Source of the DNA: Hamiltosporidium tvaerminnensis FI-OER-3-3
Taxonomy: Eukaryota; Fungi; Microsporidia
Length of the DNA stretch: 64,000 nt
Direction of reading: 5' to 3'
NCBI GenBank assembly: GCA_022605425.2
Contig: CM061248.1
Coordinates: 1,380,060 to 1,444,059, forward strand
Translations under genes and position numbers: made by a program
Shown: piece after piece, positions 14,063-27,300 of the stretch
Numbering within the stretch: position 1 is the first letter of the stretch
How the letters are laid out: each line of letters starts with the position of its first letter
The notes under the pieces: generated by a model
Told to the model about the DNA's origin: nothing
Databases searched by the model: none
The model's input: the letters and a program-made list of their open reading frames with translations, nothing else

Positions 14063-14423
14063 TATTTTTTTTTATTTTATTGGGGTTGAGTTTCTCTTCC
14101 GAGCCAATACTTTTGGCCATTATATTGGCGCTCATGAGAAACTCAAGCAGTTCTTCCCCATCTAATTTGTTTAAGCGAACTGCAAATCTTTTTAATCTTA
14201 AATTTTTGTTTTCTTTTCTTTGGTAGATTTTTTTCATTCGTTCTTTCAGAGCAGAAACATCTAAATGTTTCTGGTCATTAATTTCAGGACTATTTTTTAG
14301 GTAGGTCGCTGGCAAACCTTCGAATAATGTAACAATTTTTGATTTGTATTTATCTATACAAATCACTTCAATCGTACTTTCCCTATAAAGTCTAAATTTA
14401 TTATATATCTCGCAACGTTTCGA
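14052..14423 (-). CDS. LINE ORF1 region, 3' fragment (basic, helical); frame open from 14423
   Basis: Track ORF 14052..14366 extends without a stop to 14423, overlapping the end of 14401..14640, which implies a frameshifted single ORF. Confidence 0.6.
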   Translation of the reverse strand, partial: SKRCEIYNKFRLYRESTIEVICIDKYKSKIVTLFEGLPATYLKNSPEINDQKHLDVSALKERMKKIYQRKENKNLRLKRFAVRLNKLDGEELLEFLMSANIMAKSIGSEEKLNPNKIKKNNVV

Positions 14424-14640
14424 TTAATTGATTGCAAGAAAAGTTTATACAGCCTTGTCCTATTACGTTTAGTTCCTGTGAAATAAACAAATATATATTT
14501 TGTAATGGAAAGGGGGATTCATCTGAAATTACCAACGCAATCTGTTCTTTGGTCAATTTCGACTGATTTAGATTAGTGAACCCTTCCTCTGGCGAGAAAA
14601 TTACAACTTTAGTAATATCCGAATCGCTAGTCTGTTTCAT
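14401..14640 (-). CDS. LINE ORF1 region, middle fragment (79 aa)
   Basis: ATG overlaps the upstream ORF stop (TAATG at 14638-14642); protein-like composition. Confidence 0.6.
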   Translation of the reverse strand: MKQTSDSDITKVVIFSPEEGFTNLNQSKLTKEQIALVISDESPFPLQNIYLFISQELNVIGQGCINFSCNQLIETLRDI

Positions 14641-14957
14641 TACGCGATTTCCGAGTTCACCAATTCGTTTATTTCACCCTTTTTATTTTGAAACGCATAA
14701 GCAAAATTCTCAGCGATTTGTGGGCTATAAGATCGCTTACAGCTGTTGCAATAGGTACGGGGATCATTAAGGTTCTTCCCCGTACCCTTATTCGATGTAT
14801 TTAACGAGAAACAATACGGACAGGGTAGTTTTGGTTTATTCGGATCCCTCTTTTTTCTAGGCGTATGGGGAAGCTTCGGTGCCTGATTCCCAATCACATA
14901 TTTGATTCTTGGAATAGTGGGATCATTGTCTGACTCCGAGCTCTCGGTTTTTTTCAT
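14640..14957 (-). CDS. LINE 5'-most ORF (105 aa) with C4 zinc ribbon and basic NLS-like patch
   Basis: CPYC-x19-YCNSCKRSY and PRKKR in the translation; same strand as and abutting the rest of the element. Confidence 0.7.
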   Translation of the reverse strand: MKKTESSESDNDPTIPRIKYVIGNQAPKLPHTPRKKRDPNKPKLPCPYCFSLNTSNKGTGKNLNDPRTYCNSCKRSYSPQIAENFAYAFQNKKGEINELVNSEIA

Positions 14958-16669
14958 GAATACTGAAATTCGCTACGTATTTATAGTTTAATGAATTTTT
15001 TTGATTCGACAGTAGTAATCTAAGTTTTGAAAAGCGAAACATACAAATCCAAAGCCGAATAAATTTAATTAGATACAACGAACAAGAAGAATACATTATA
15101 TCGTAATATATTAATTGAAGAAATATAAATCAAACGGTTACAGAAATAATATCGCAGGAATATTATTTAATTAAAAACTTTACAATCATAGCAAATTATT
15201 TTTTGTTTTCCGAATACTAAAAAAAGATTCAGCAGAACCAAGATACCTTATCTTATCCAATAGATATATGCCTGTATGCAAACGAACTTCAGAATAGAAA
15301 GCTAAACTTGTAAAAATAGAATTTTGTAAAAACAGGGAATTTAATCAAAAAAAAACAAAATGATTAAATAAAACATTTTCATTGAAATTGTTTTTCGTTA
15401 TCTGAATATACTTTTTCAAAAAATTTTCATTAAATTTCCATTTAAAAAACTTTTTTCATTTTTTACATTTTATCTTGCAAGAAAAGCATTAAATTCTTTA
15501 AATTAATTAATTTGAATGCTATCACATAAGATTTGCTTATATATAGAAAGTGTTACGCAATGTATATCCCGTATTTTTCCTTCTATTCCCTGACCTAGTT
15601 TGAGTGTAGCGGTTTTTGCCAAATATTAACCCAAGGGTCTTATTTTTAAAAAAAAAAAAACAAAAAGAGCACAGGCAGGAATTTAGAGTCTAAAGGCTCT
15701 GTTTTATATAAGCCATAAAATTTCTATTTAAGATTATTCTAAGTCACCAAATATAGTTTATTTCGCGAAAGAAATTCAGGAGCAACGTAAATGGGGTGTA
15801 AAAGAAATGGTACAAATTCACCTTTAACAAATAAACAAGTCCTGTAAAGGTACAGGGATCATAAAAAGTCTTTTATATGTGCTCCTATCTAGTTTATATA
15901 TGCTTCTTGCTTTTTTTAATTTTTAGGTTTATGGTTTAGGGAAACAAAGAAAAGATCTTTAGATTTTTTAGTGCGTGTTTTTATTCCGTTAATTAAAACA
16001 TATCTCATAAAGAAGTCTTAAAAATTTTTTTTCTGTTTCTAGCAGCTTTGACTTATTTACATAAATTTATTGCTTTCTCAGAAATTGTGTGTAATCTGCT
16101 TAGATTCAAATATACGGTGATAACGTATAGTAGCAATATCTTCTACTAAAGAATTTTTAAAGTAATATTATACTTTTATTTTAATAGTAGAAATAGTAAA
16201 TATGTGTAATTAGACTAACACATTTTTTAAATATAGCTTAGACAATGTTTTACAATTTTTTGTATGATTTACGATATGGCATAAAAAGTTTTTACCAATA
16301 AATAATATTAAATCATTTTTTTTGAATTAATTTACCAATGGTGGCTTTATTTTGAAAAATAGTTAAAATAAAAAAGTTAGAATTGTTTTTAGAAACGAAA
16401 GACATTTAAACCTTGGGATTTTTAAACTTTAACTTTTTTAAAAAATAATAATTCTATATTTAGATTTTGAATCCTAACAGATATCAAAATTATTTAAACA
16501 ATACATTTTATACCGGTAAATTAAATTTCTCAGATACTCTTTTGACTTACTACCGTTAAAAGTCTGTAACAATTTGTAACATTATATGTTGTATCTATAT
16601 AGATAAGAAAAAATAAATTTACACAAAAAAACCTAATAATGATAGAATTTATAAGAACGGTTTTATTAT

Positions 16670-18670
16670 ACCTACCAACCTTTACCCTGACTCAATAACA
16701 TCTTTTCATTATTCTGAATTTATTTTATTACCAGGCCAACCTTTTCCCCCAACACGATCTGAAGACCCCAACCTCATAACTACCAAAAATTCAAAAAAAG
16801 TCACTTTTACACTTGACTTATTTCAGAAGCAAAACCAAGAATAATCACTTTGACCCTTACCCTAACCCAGAACCAGTGAAAGATAAAGAAACACCCCTAA
16901 CCAATTCAGTTAGGGTTAGGGTCAAGTTTTGGTATTGTCTAAATAGGAGATTGTTTTATTTTCCCAGTACGGACATCTCTAGTTTTCTTAAATATTTCTA
17001 TTCGGTAAATCATTTTCTCTAATTCTTTATTAACTTTCTCGAATTTTTTTGAAGAAAATTAAAAATTCATTATCATTCTTTTATTTCCTTTTTTATTCTA
17101 CTCATATGATTTCTTTTTTAAAAGGGTTAGGGTATATATTTCCCTACTTTCGCCCAATGTTTTTAATAAAGCAAGTTAGGTTAATTATATTTTTTTTTCG
17201 TGTCCGTAGGGTCTTTTTATTTTTAAAAACGAAGTTTTTAACGTAAATTTTTTAAATTTCTTATAATAAGTTAGGGAAAATGAAAGAAATTTTTTGTAAA
17301 AAAAATTACTATGTTTATAAGCCACAAATTAGGAAAGAAGTGCCATACTTTAGGATAGTACTTGGGTTAGGGAAAATACTTCTCATTAATAACAATAGGT
17401 TCGGGTAAAACACTTTTTTATTTTTTCAGTAGGGAAATTATTCATTATAAATTTTTATATTTTTTACCCCAGCTATTTTTGCAAGATCGGTTGGGGAAAG
17501 GACAGTTGGTAAAAAAAATTAATGGAAAGTTAAGGGAAACAGAAAAAAGTAGGGAAACAAGAAAAAAGTTAGGAAAAAAGAAAGTCTGTTATAACATAAA
17601 GTTAGGGCAAGCAGAATCCTGGTTTGGGAAAACAGAATTGTGTTAGGTTGAAAATTTGTTTATACGAAAAGAAATGATTTTAAATAGAAGATAGAATCAA
17701 TTTTAGAAATAATATTTGTTAAATAGAAAAATGTTTGATACAATGATTAGGTTAGGGAAACTTCAAGGAGGGTTAAGAAAAAATTAGTAGGATTAAGAAA
17801 AACATCTAGTTAAGAAAAAATAATGGGTATTACGAGTAAAATTTAAGGAACAAAAAGTATTTAAGAGAGTGTAGAAAGTTAGGGGAGGTAGGAAAAACAA
17901 AATAGGTATAGGGAAAAAGGGTTAGGGAGAAATAAGTTTTTTTTGGAGAGAAAGAGTAGAATATAAATCATTTGGTAGGGAAAAGAGCTACTGAGTTTAG
18001 GGAAAGGAAAAGGGTTAGGGAAGGGTTAGGGTAAAAGAAGTAATCAATTGGTAGGGAATTTTCAGAAACTTCTTTGGTAAAAAAATAAGGAGTAAAAACA
18101 GCATAGGAACTATAAATAATTTTTTAGTGGAAAAAAAGGACAGGTTAGGGAGAAGGGTTAGGAAAATTAAAAATAATTTTTTTCCTAAAAAAAGGTAGGT
18201 AACATATTTGGTTGACAATAGTTAAATTGTGTAATTCAAGAGAAGTATTAGAGTATAAAAAGATAGGGTTAGGGGGAAGCGGAATTGTATAGGGAAAAAA
18301 ATTTTGATTTTTGCAATTACAATTTTGATAAGGGCTCTCTATAATTGAAGAATGTAAACTGTCTTTACATTAAATATATAGCTTTATTCGTTGGGACGTT
18401 TTTTACTCCCTAAATTCTTTAGGCATAATTTAATAAATTTTTTTCTTTTATAATTACTTATAATGCTCTATTTTTTTTAATTTTTGGTTTTAAAATCTCT
18501 TGTATTAATAGGGTTTTTTACTTTGCATGCGTCGGTAATAATACTATATTTAAATCGGTTAGGGAAGTAAGAAAATCCAACTAAAAAGATTTTAAATTAT
18601 TTATATAAATGTTTTAAAGCATTAAATTGTATTTCCCTACCGGAGTTAGGGAAATTATAGGGCTAATAGT
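16670..18670. repeat. Degenerate telomere-like minisatellite block 1 (CCCTAA-like part, then TTAGGG-like part)
   Basis: Dozens of GTTAGGG/GTAGGG + A-tract motifs, locally at ~19-20 bp spacing (17525-17580, 17745-17820); strand switch near 16905. Confidence 0.75.
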
Positions 18671-18689
18671 TCTAGTTCACATGTGGAGA

Positions 18690-20120
18690 ATACTTCAACA
18701 TATAGATTAAGGCTCAATCCAAGTTTTTTAAATTTAATGATCAATTATCTTTCTTTTTATATTTTGTGTAAATAAATCATAATTGAATGATATAATATAA
18801 ATCAACATACCCAATCCATAGAAATTTTATTTAGCGAAATAGAATGCCCGCCTCGTTCCATAAACATACTTTATTTTCTAGTTATTATAATATAATATTC
18901 ATCTATGAATATATTTAGATATCAAAGTATCATTCATTCTCTTACAGTACTTTATTTAATTAATTTCAAAAAAGTTTAAAAATTTATTTGTAGCTTTACA
19001 TACAAACAAGAAAAAAATATGTAAAAATAGTTAAAAAATAAGAAAATATTTAGTTTAATATAAAACCAAATTTATTTAAGGATTACCTATTGTTAAACTA
19101 AATTAAAATATCACGTGAAATATTCTATAATTCGATTTTTTCTTTGTTTAATATGTACGACTTCATAAACAAGTTTAACTCGAAAAAATACAAAATTAAA
19201 CTATTTTTTGAATTAGTGGTAGAATTTTGAATAAACAAGAGAAATAGATTAAGAAAACTAAAATTGACATATAATTAACGTATAAACATTTATTTAAATT
19301 TGGTTTTAATTTATAATTAGTATAGAAACACATTTATCACTCGAGATATTTTATTGTACTATCGATTTTATTTAATTTTAATTCTGTAAATCTTTACTGT
19401 ATAATATATAAGTCTAAAAAAGACTTAATAACATTATTTAAAAACAATAAATATACTTATAATAAAAATATTTTAAGTCAATACAATAAGACTCATGGTA
19501 AAAAAACAAATAATTGTTTTGTATAGAATATTAAGGGGATTTAAATATCGATTTACTTATATAGATTATAGTAAAGAATAATAAATGCATGTCTGTATAA
19601 ATATAGAGACTATCAAATATATTTCAATAAAGATAATATTAACATTTTTCTTCTTCCTCTTTAAAATAGTATAGAAGAAATTTTAAATACTTTTTCATAT
19701 GTATATCTTTATTTTTATTGGATTTGTATTCTTTTTAAGCTAAAGAAGCAATACTTATATACTACCTGCAATTTGCTCAATTTTCGAAAAAGTAACTAAT
19801 ATGAGTTTATATAGAAATCCAAAGGTCTTTTTCAATATTCTATATGATTAATGTTTTAATAAATATATTGAGAGCTTTTAAAAACGATTTCACAAAAATT
19901 AATACGGCCATATTTTGGTTAAAAACGACTATTATTATCAAGATAAAAAAATCTTATTTTTATATGATGATATTGATTTTAAATAGTCAGAATGTAATAA
20001 AAAACCAAAAAAACAAGTTAACCTTATTCCGAAAAACTTCGAATTATGGTAAAATTTATAAGTTTATTAAGGTTAGCCTCTTTAAATGCTATAAGAATGA
20101 ATACCATTAAATCATATAGG
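18690..20120 (-). pseudogene. Subtelomeric gene family copy A (3'-truncated, decayed)
   Basis: Shares core TATATGATTAATGTTT...AAAAACTTCxAATTATGGT with four other loci; minus frame reads YGRINFCEIVFKSSQYI with stops. Confidence 0.65.
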
Positions 20121-20879
20121 TATTTTTACCGATTTAAAAATAAATAGAAAATTATTAGAAAAATTGCTAGAAAATAAATTGTAATTCATAATTACTTAAA
20201 AAAGTTGTAAAATTTTTAAAAATTTTCATTTTTTGAAGAAAAAAAGCTAAAATTTTTCAAAAAGTATATAGAATGTGAAAAAATTTGCTAGATTATAGAT
20301 ATTTAAAAACAGCGATAGATATATAAATATAAAACCAATCCATAAAAATAGTACACAATTCCAAAAATGAAATGAAAAAATGTAGAAAACATAAAAATTT
20401 ATACAAAATTTTGAAAATATAAAAAATACGCTTAAATTCATACAAAACTTGAAAAAAACATAAAGGCTCGAAAAAATAGTGACGAATAACAAAAGTTGTA
20501 AGAATACTGAAGCATAAAAAATTCCAGAGATTCCAAAAAAAACCTTATAATGCTTTTAAACACATTTTTTTTTTTAAAATATATAAAAAAGAAAAATACA
20601 TTTCTTTAAAATGTAAAATATACACAAAATTAAAAAAAAGTAAACGTTTGGAAATTTTGTAGGATCAAATTTTCAAAAAATGACACTTTCTAATTCATAT
20701 TTGTTTTTAATATATAAATATCTACAGATAGAATAAAGGTATTTTTGAACTCAAATTTGTAATTCATTCAAACCCTTTCGGGATTGGGTGATACTTCTAA
20801 GAGATAATACGATAAAATCAAATTAAAAGAGAAAAACTAAAAGTAAAATAAAATTAATAGCTGTTTTTATTCCGATTTA

Positions 20880-22740
20880 CTCTCCGATCAACCTTTTTGC
20901 TGCCCATTTTTCACCTTACTCTACATTTTACTTCCTTCTAGGTTCTTTTCTAACAATTGCAGCTTGAAAATGTATCTCAATATACCATACCACTACTGCA
21001 ATCTGTCATATCCCTCGCCCTGCATTATTTCAGACCAACTATTTTATATACATTACCCAGACTACGGAATCTCAATATCATAATTCCCATTAAAAGAAAA
21101 ATTGCGAAACATACTAAAAAAATCTACTAAACTATATAAGTTAGAGTTTTCTTTATTATTTTTTTGGTTTGAGGTTACGTGGAAAGGCAAGTTTTACTTT
21201 CTCCGTGACAACCGATTCGAATTTACACATTAAATTTTTGTTAGTAAAACAGTTTTTTTTATTATTTTCCTTATTTTTATATAATTTAATTTTCTTTTAG
21301 CAACTTTAGATGATATTCTTATAAAACCGTTTTTCATTTATTTTATCTACTATAGTTGAATTCACCTTATTTTTTTAAACTTTTTGGGGTGTAAAATTCC
21401 CTAACTTCACAAAAGGTATATTTTTACAAAAAGAAATCTAAATATATTATTAGATTAATAATATTCCACGGAGAATTTTTAAATCTAAACTTCTATCTTT
21501 TCATAGTTACAGAATCTAAGAAAAAATATATTTTTAAAAAAGTAAATTTACAACCAAAATTAATTTTTATCTATAAAGATTTAACTAGGTAGAATAAGAT
21601 TAGTTAGCAAAAATTAAAATTCCATTATTACTTAGGGAAGAATTAGGGAAACTACTTTTTATAGGGAAGAACAAAGATGTTTTCGCACCATAGGGTAGAA
21701 AAAAATAGAAACCGTACTTTTAGATAAGAGAATTAATTATTTTTCTGAAATAATTTCTATTTTTTTTACCCAGAATTTTATTCAACAAGAATAAAAAAAT
21801 TAGAGAGAAAGAAAATTAGCCAAGGAAAAAAAGATTGTAGTTAGCGGAGAAAGAATCGTTCGGCGAAAAAAGTTAGGAATTAAGTCAGGAGAGTAAATCT
21901 GTTTCTGATGAGTAGATCGGGCCAGCAAGTAAAAAAAAATAGTTTGGGAAAAAAGATAGTAGTTAGGGAAAATATTCTGATTCGGAAAAAGATTTAAGAT
22001 AGCAAAAAAAAGGGTTATAAAGGAAGAAAATTTGTATGGGAAAAGAGAATTAGTTATAAAAACAGGTTGGGGAATGGTGTTTAGTTAAAGTGAAAAGGTT
22101 TGCTAAAGAAATAAAGTATTGGTTTTTAAAATGTAAAAAATACCAAGGAAAGTAGAAATCTGCAGAAAAGAACCGGCAGCAAGAAAATATCTAGTTGAAA
22201 TCAATGGAGTCGGATAATTAATAGAATATTGTTTTAAAGATACAAAATTTCAAAAAAGAAAGTTATTTGAACCGAATAAATAAAATTACTTGAGAAAAAA
22301 ATAATTGTCTGAGAGGAAGAGCAAGTTTATTGCAAAAAGAATGTTAGGGCGGAAATAAATTAGTTGAGGAAAAAATAAATTTAAAAATAAAATGATTTGG
22401 TCAGGAAAATGATGAATATATTAGAAAATATAATTAAAATATAAAGAAATTTAGGGGGGGTTTTTCTGCTATGTAGAAAAGAAGTTAGGGTAAAAAGAAT
22501 CGAGGTAGGGAAATAATAATAGGGATGAAGAAAAATGTTTGGTTTGGGGACTAAAAATTAGGGTAGGGAAAACTTTTTTGGAGTGTATGAAATTAATTAG
22601 TTGAGTGAAAAAAATTTTTGCTATTTTTTAAAGCGTGTGGGGTTTGTAGAAATATTTGATTCTGCTTATGCTCCTAAAATATTGTAGAGCAGAGCAACAC
22701 TTTAAAGATTTTGGTTAGGGGAACTATTTTGGTCTAATTA
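20880..22740. repeat. Degenerate telomere-like minisatellite block 2, paralog of block 1
   Basis: C-rich lead-in at 20880-21080, G-rich TTAGGGAA-type motifs at 21630-22730, and a similar end (GGTTAGGGGAACTATTTTGGTCTAAT vs AGTTAGGGAAATTATAGGGCTAAT). Confidence 0.65.
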
Positions 22741-25399
22741 CAATTAAATTCTTTCTTTTATTAATATTCAGCTGCTTTTTAATTTTTTTTAATTTTCATT
22801 TGGAAAATTCTTTTTTAAAACATAAATATTCTTGGTTCCAAAGTTCCAAGAGTAATTTTATCAGGAAAAAATTAAGAATTCCGCTAAATTCAAATTATTA
22901 CACGTAAAAAATCATTTAATATTAGGAGTTTACTTTTTTTAAATTATAGATGAATAAACTCAATACTTGTTTGTTTATTGTTAAATTTATTTTAATAAAA
23001 AATGCTAAAAGCCTTGCATTTCGAAGCACTTTTATTTTTATATTCAAAAGTATGCCACTATTTTATTCATAAGAGTTTTCAATGTAAAAACCAATGTCTG
23101 CATTTTTTACTTACTTGTTTAAAGCAAGAAAATCATAAAAAACTTTTAAAAAATGCGATTTCAAAAAGCATTTAAGGATATCTTCGTTTTATTTCTATTT
23201 ATTGTATATTCGTACTAAAAGAAAAAATAAAATTTTCTATGGTTAAGTCAAAAAAAGACATTTTAATATAATTTGATAAGAATTAAAAGATTTGGAGCAA
23301 ATCACAAAAACTAGCTTAGAAAAGCAAAATAAAAAAGTTAATTTATTTGGAAAATGTAATAGCACTTAATACCATTCCAATTAAAAAGTTTTGATTCTAG
23401 TGACCTGGGTGGGCGAACTACTTGAGAAATATAGTAGAGAAAATAATATTTACCTAACCTGTAGCAGTGAAATACTTGAGAAAGTTAGTTTAGAAAAACA
23501 TTAAAGAAATATAGGATTTGATTAACATTTCAATGCCTTTACTTAAGTTCTGTAACATAGCTAGCAACAAAGTATGTAAAACCTTTAGAAAAATAAAACG
23601 AACACATTTATTTAAATAGAAATGTAAATATATAATAATCTACACATATCCAAAATATTATAAAAGACATATTGTTTTAGATTGTGATCGAATTAAAGCA
23701 CTTAAAAGCATACAATCAAAATTGTAAGATTTTGTAAATAATAAATTGTGGTTGTTCGTAAAATGATTAAAGATTTTTTTGAATAGTGTTTTGATATAAT
23801 TTTATTGTATAGAGTATATATTTTCAAATAACTTTTCTATCTAAATAGGCAGTGTTGTCCTAGTACTTGGCTCATTTCCTTAAAGTTCTTGTAAATACAA
23901 TTGATGTTGCAGTTAAGATTATCTAAAAGCATTACAAAGTGATTAAAATCATGCATTTCGAATTCTTTGATTTGTAAACAAGATTGATTCTGATTTAGGG
24001 CATCTATATTGAAGCAAGTATAGAATTATGCAAATATCTTACATAAGTCTTTCTATAATCCAGCTAATTAGGATAGATACAGATGCAGCAAATATAGCTG
24101 CAAATATTACAGAGAATTGATATCTGTGAACGGTGGCATTTGTTATATTTGGCTTCCACTTCAGTATAGTCATAACTCTTGTAGTTTTAAAGATGAAGAA
24201 CTTTTCCTATAGTGCATCCGATATTTCAAACATATTCTTGAAGCTAATCCGTAGAAGATGCTAAAAAATGAAAAATCTTCGCCTTTTTATACTTTTAAAT
24301 TTTTTTACAATCAATGTCACTTGAATCAAATTTCATTTAATTCGTTCAGTATCTTGATAGATATTCTTCCAAAGAAATCTATCTAATTACAATATGAGTT
24401 AGCTCAAGTCACAATTGTTAATTATACCATCCACTGTTTACCCTTCTAAACCATTTTAATGTATAACAATACTTATTTAAATAATATTCTTGGCTTCTTT
24501 TAAATCATACTAAGATATTTTTATTAGTATATCCCTACATATATAATTTTCTTCATATTCAATTTCATATCCGAATTTTTACATTGCATAAATTTAAATA
24601 AAAAAGAAAGAAATTATAAAAATAGCTGTAAAATGAATTAATTTCGAACAATGTATTATCTAAAAAAAATTTATTGTTTAATACGTATAGAGATATATTT
24701 AAAATAATTGCTACATGGAATCTTATATATTATTATTTACTAATTTAAAAAAAATTAAAATCTTTATTTGCTAAGGTGTATATCATTTAACTAAAGTTTT
24801 ATTTTTAACAAAAGTACTAAAACCAGCAAAGCTTTGTATAAGCGAATATACATTCAGTAAAATTATATTTTTTTATTCTTTATTGTAACATTGTCATTAT
24901 GAGAAAAGGCACATTAGTTTTTAGATACCTTTCAATTAAAATTAATATGTATTCTATTTTAACAAAAAGAAGTATATAGACTTATGAGTTTGGAATTTTT
25001 TTAACGCAAAAAGTACTAAAAAAATATACATTAAAAAATATTTCTTCAAAACAGCATTACCTTTTAATTTTTACAAAATGTAAAATATGTTTAATCTTCT
25101 AACACAAACCAAACAATAATATAAGATAATATATAGTACAAAATTTGTATTGAGTCCAAACGGCTTACTTAAGTTTTAATAGCTCAAAACATTGATTTAG
25201 GATTTTGTAATAGGAAGAACACATTTTATCAAGAAGAAAACAATTCAATCATAGAGCATACACTTCACTCATATATCATGAAGGAAAAATGAATTATCTT
25301 AACGTTTAAAAGAAATAGTCGATTAAATATACAAAAGTAAAGTTTTGTGGTGTAGAGTAATTAAAATCTATTAATTTTTAAAATCATAACTTATAAACT

Positions 25400-27300
25400 C
25401 CATTATATTAATTTATCTTTTTCTTTATTATATACAACTTTACCTCGAATCTTTTCAAATAGGCAAATGCGTCCCATAATTGAGCTCTTTGCCTTCGCGT
25501 TATTGTAATTCCAGTTAATGATATTGTGTATTTATGTACCAATATATTATGAGTGAATTCATTAAATTATTTAGTTAATTTTGACCTTAAACAAGATCAG
25601 ATGAGTTCTTTGAGATTACCCTTTAAACAATGGTAACATATGTAAATAACCTTAGATATGCCATTCCATAATCCGAATCAGCTTGGATAGTTTGAAATAT
25701 TATATTAAAGGTGCTAATATTCTAGTAAAAATATTTTAGTTGGTTGTAGCTAAATTCTATTGCTTCTAAATTAGTTTTAATCTTGATTCATATAAGGAAG
25801 AATCGAAAGTTTCAAAATTAAAAAGTAGTAATTTACTTGTAAAAGATGCCACAACATTTAGAACTGAAGCTCATTTATAGTTTTAGTGATTTTTAATACC
25901 CAAGTATCTTTATTTTTACGTTTTAATTGGAAAAATAATACTTTCGATATAATTAGCTATAAATCGACAAACAAGATCATCGAAATTTTATTTGTTAAAT
26001 TATAATACACGACTTATTGAGTAAAAAAAATATGTTTTTTCAATCTTTTCATTTAATGTCCTCTTATAAATATATCTAGATATAAAAATGTTATCAATAT
26101 CTTATGATTTCATTAATATAAGTATTTCTTTATTATGTAAAGAGTTGTTCGTAGCTGTAAAGCTATAAAAAATATATATTAAAAAAATGTGGTGTAAAAT
26201 TAAGTTTATACTAAACTATATATTGATCATTCAATCTATCTTTATACAAAATAAAATATTATCAAAATTATTTTTTAGTTGAATTGTTTTTTTGAGTGAA
26301 TCCGTATTGCTACAGTGAAAGTTAAAGATCAAAAAAACCCAAATAGCAGATATCCGAACAATTTAAAACATAGTTGTTAAAATTGTATTTAAACTAGGTA
26401 GATAATTCAAAAGCATTCAAATGTACGAATAATTAATGTAAAATCATTCAGAAAAATGTAGTTTTAAAATAAAAGTAATATAAATAAAATAAAGTTATTA
26501 GTTCAAGACATTTTAGTATACTATCCTATTTAGTTAAAGTTAATTCTTTAGCACTTTGCAGTAAGATAGTATATAATTCTAATAAAGAGAGGTTACAAAT
26601 TAAAAAAATTTAATACATTTATGAATATAACAATTTAAGTTAGTTCACTCTGGCTATATATTATAAAACGAAATATTTATTTATATGATATATTGAGATG
26701 AATGAAATATTAAGATCTACTGCCTATAAATTGTATTACACATAATAAATTAATCTCTTTATAAATCTATAAAATTCAATCCATTTCACAAAAGGTAATA
26801 ATATTAATTTTCTCATTAATTCGATTAAAATTTTTATACATGATATTAAAATATCTTTCACATATACATCTTTCTTTCAAATAGATTTATATTTTTTTTA
26901 AGTAACATAAACAATACATTTATAATAGATACCTGGAATTTCAATCAATTTTATAAAAGGTAAATAATATGAGGTTATATAGAAATCGAAAGTTATCTAT
27001 AAATTATATATGATTAACGTTTCTAACAATATACTGAGAGCTTTTTCAAACGATTTCATAAAATTTAATACGGCCATATTAAAGTATAACACAGCGTATT
27101 ATGACCAAGATAAAAAAGTCTTATTTTGAGATATTGAGTAAAGGTTTTAATAGTCCAAATATCCTAAATGAAGATAAAATAGCATTCAATACCTTACACT
27201 TAAAAACTTCAGATTATGGTAAATTTATAACCTTATTAGACTTAACACCTTAAAATCATATAATAAGAGAAAATACTTTAGAATATATTCAAATGTAACA
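25400..27300 (-). pseudogene. Subtelomeric gene family copy B (decayed)
   Basis: Core at 26970-27260; YGRIKFYEIV*KSSQYIVRNVNH; colinear with copy E over ~1.8 kb. Confidence 0.65.

Larger units (their letters stand above)
11239..14960 (-). mobile_element. Non-LTR retrotransposon (LINE, APE-RT type), near full length but frameshifted; 5' boundary not defined
   Basis: Consecutive minus-strand ORFs: small 5' ORFs, then APE, then RT. A 3' stem-loop and terminal TAAATAAAGTT are matched in the older copy at 61149-61226. No TSD or poly(A) tail found. Confidence 0.93.

Noticed and set aside
23850-24600. Possible minus-strand membrane-protein relic (IFAAIFAASVSIL)
   Set aside because: Frame is ambiguous, with multiple stops and no recognisable family.
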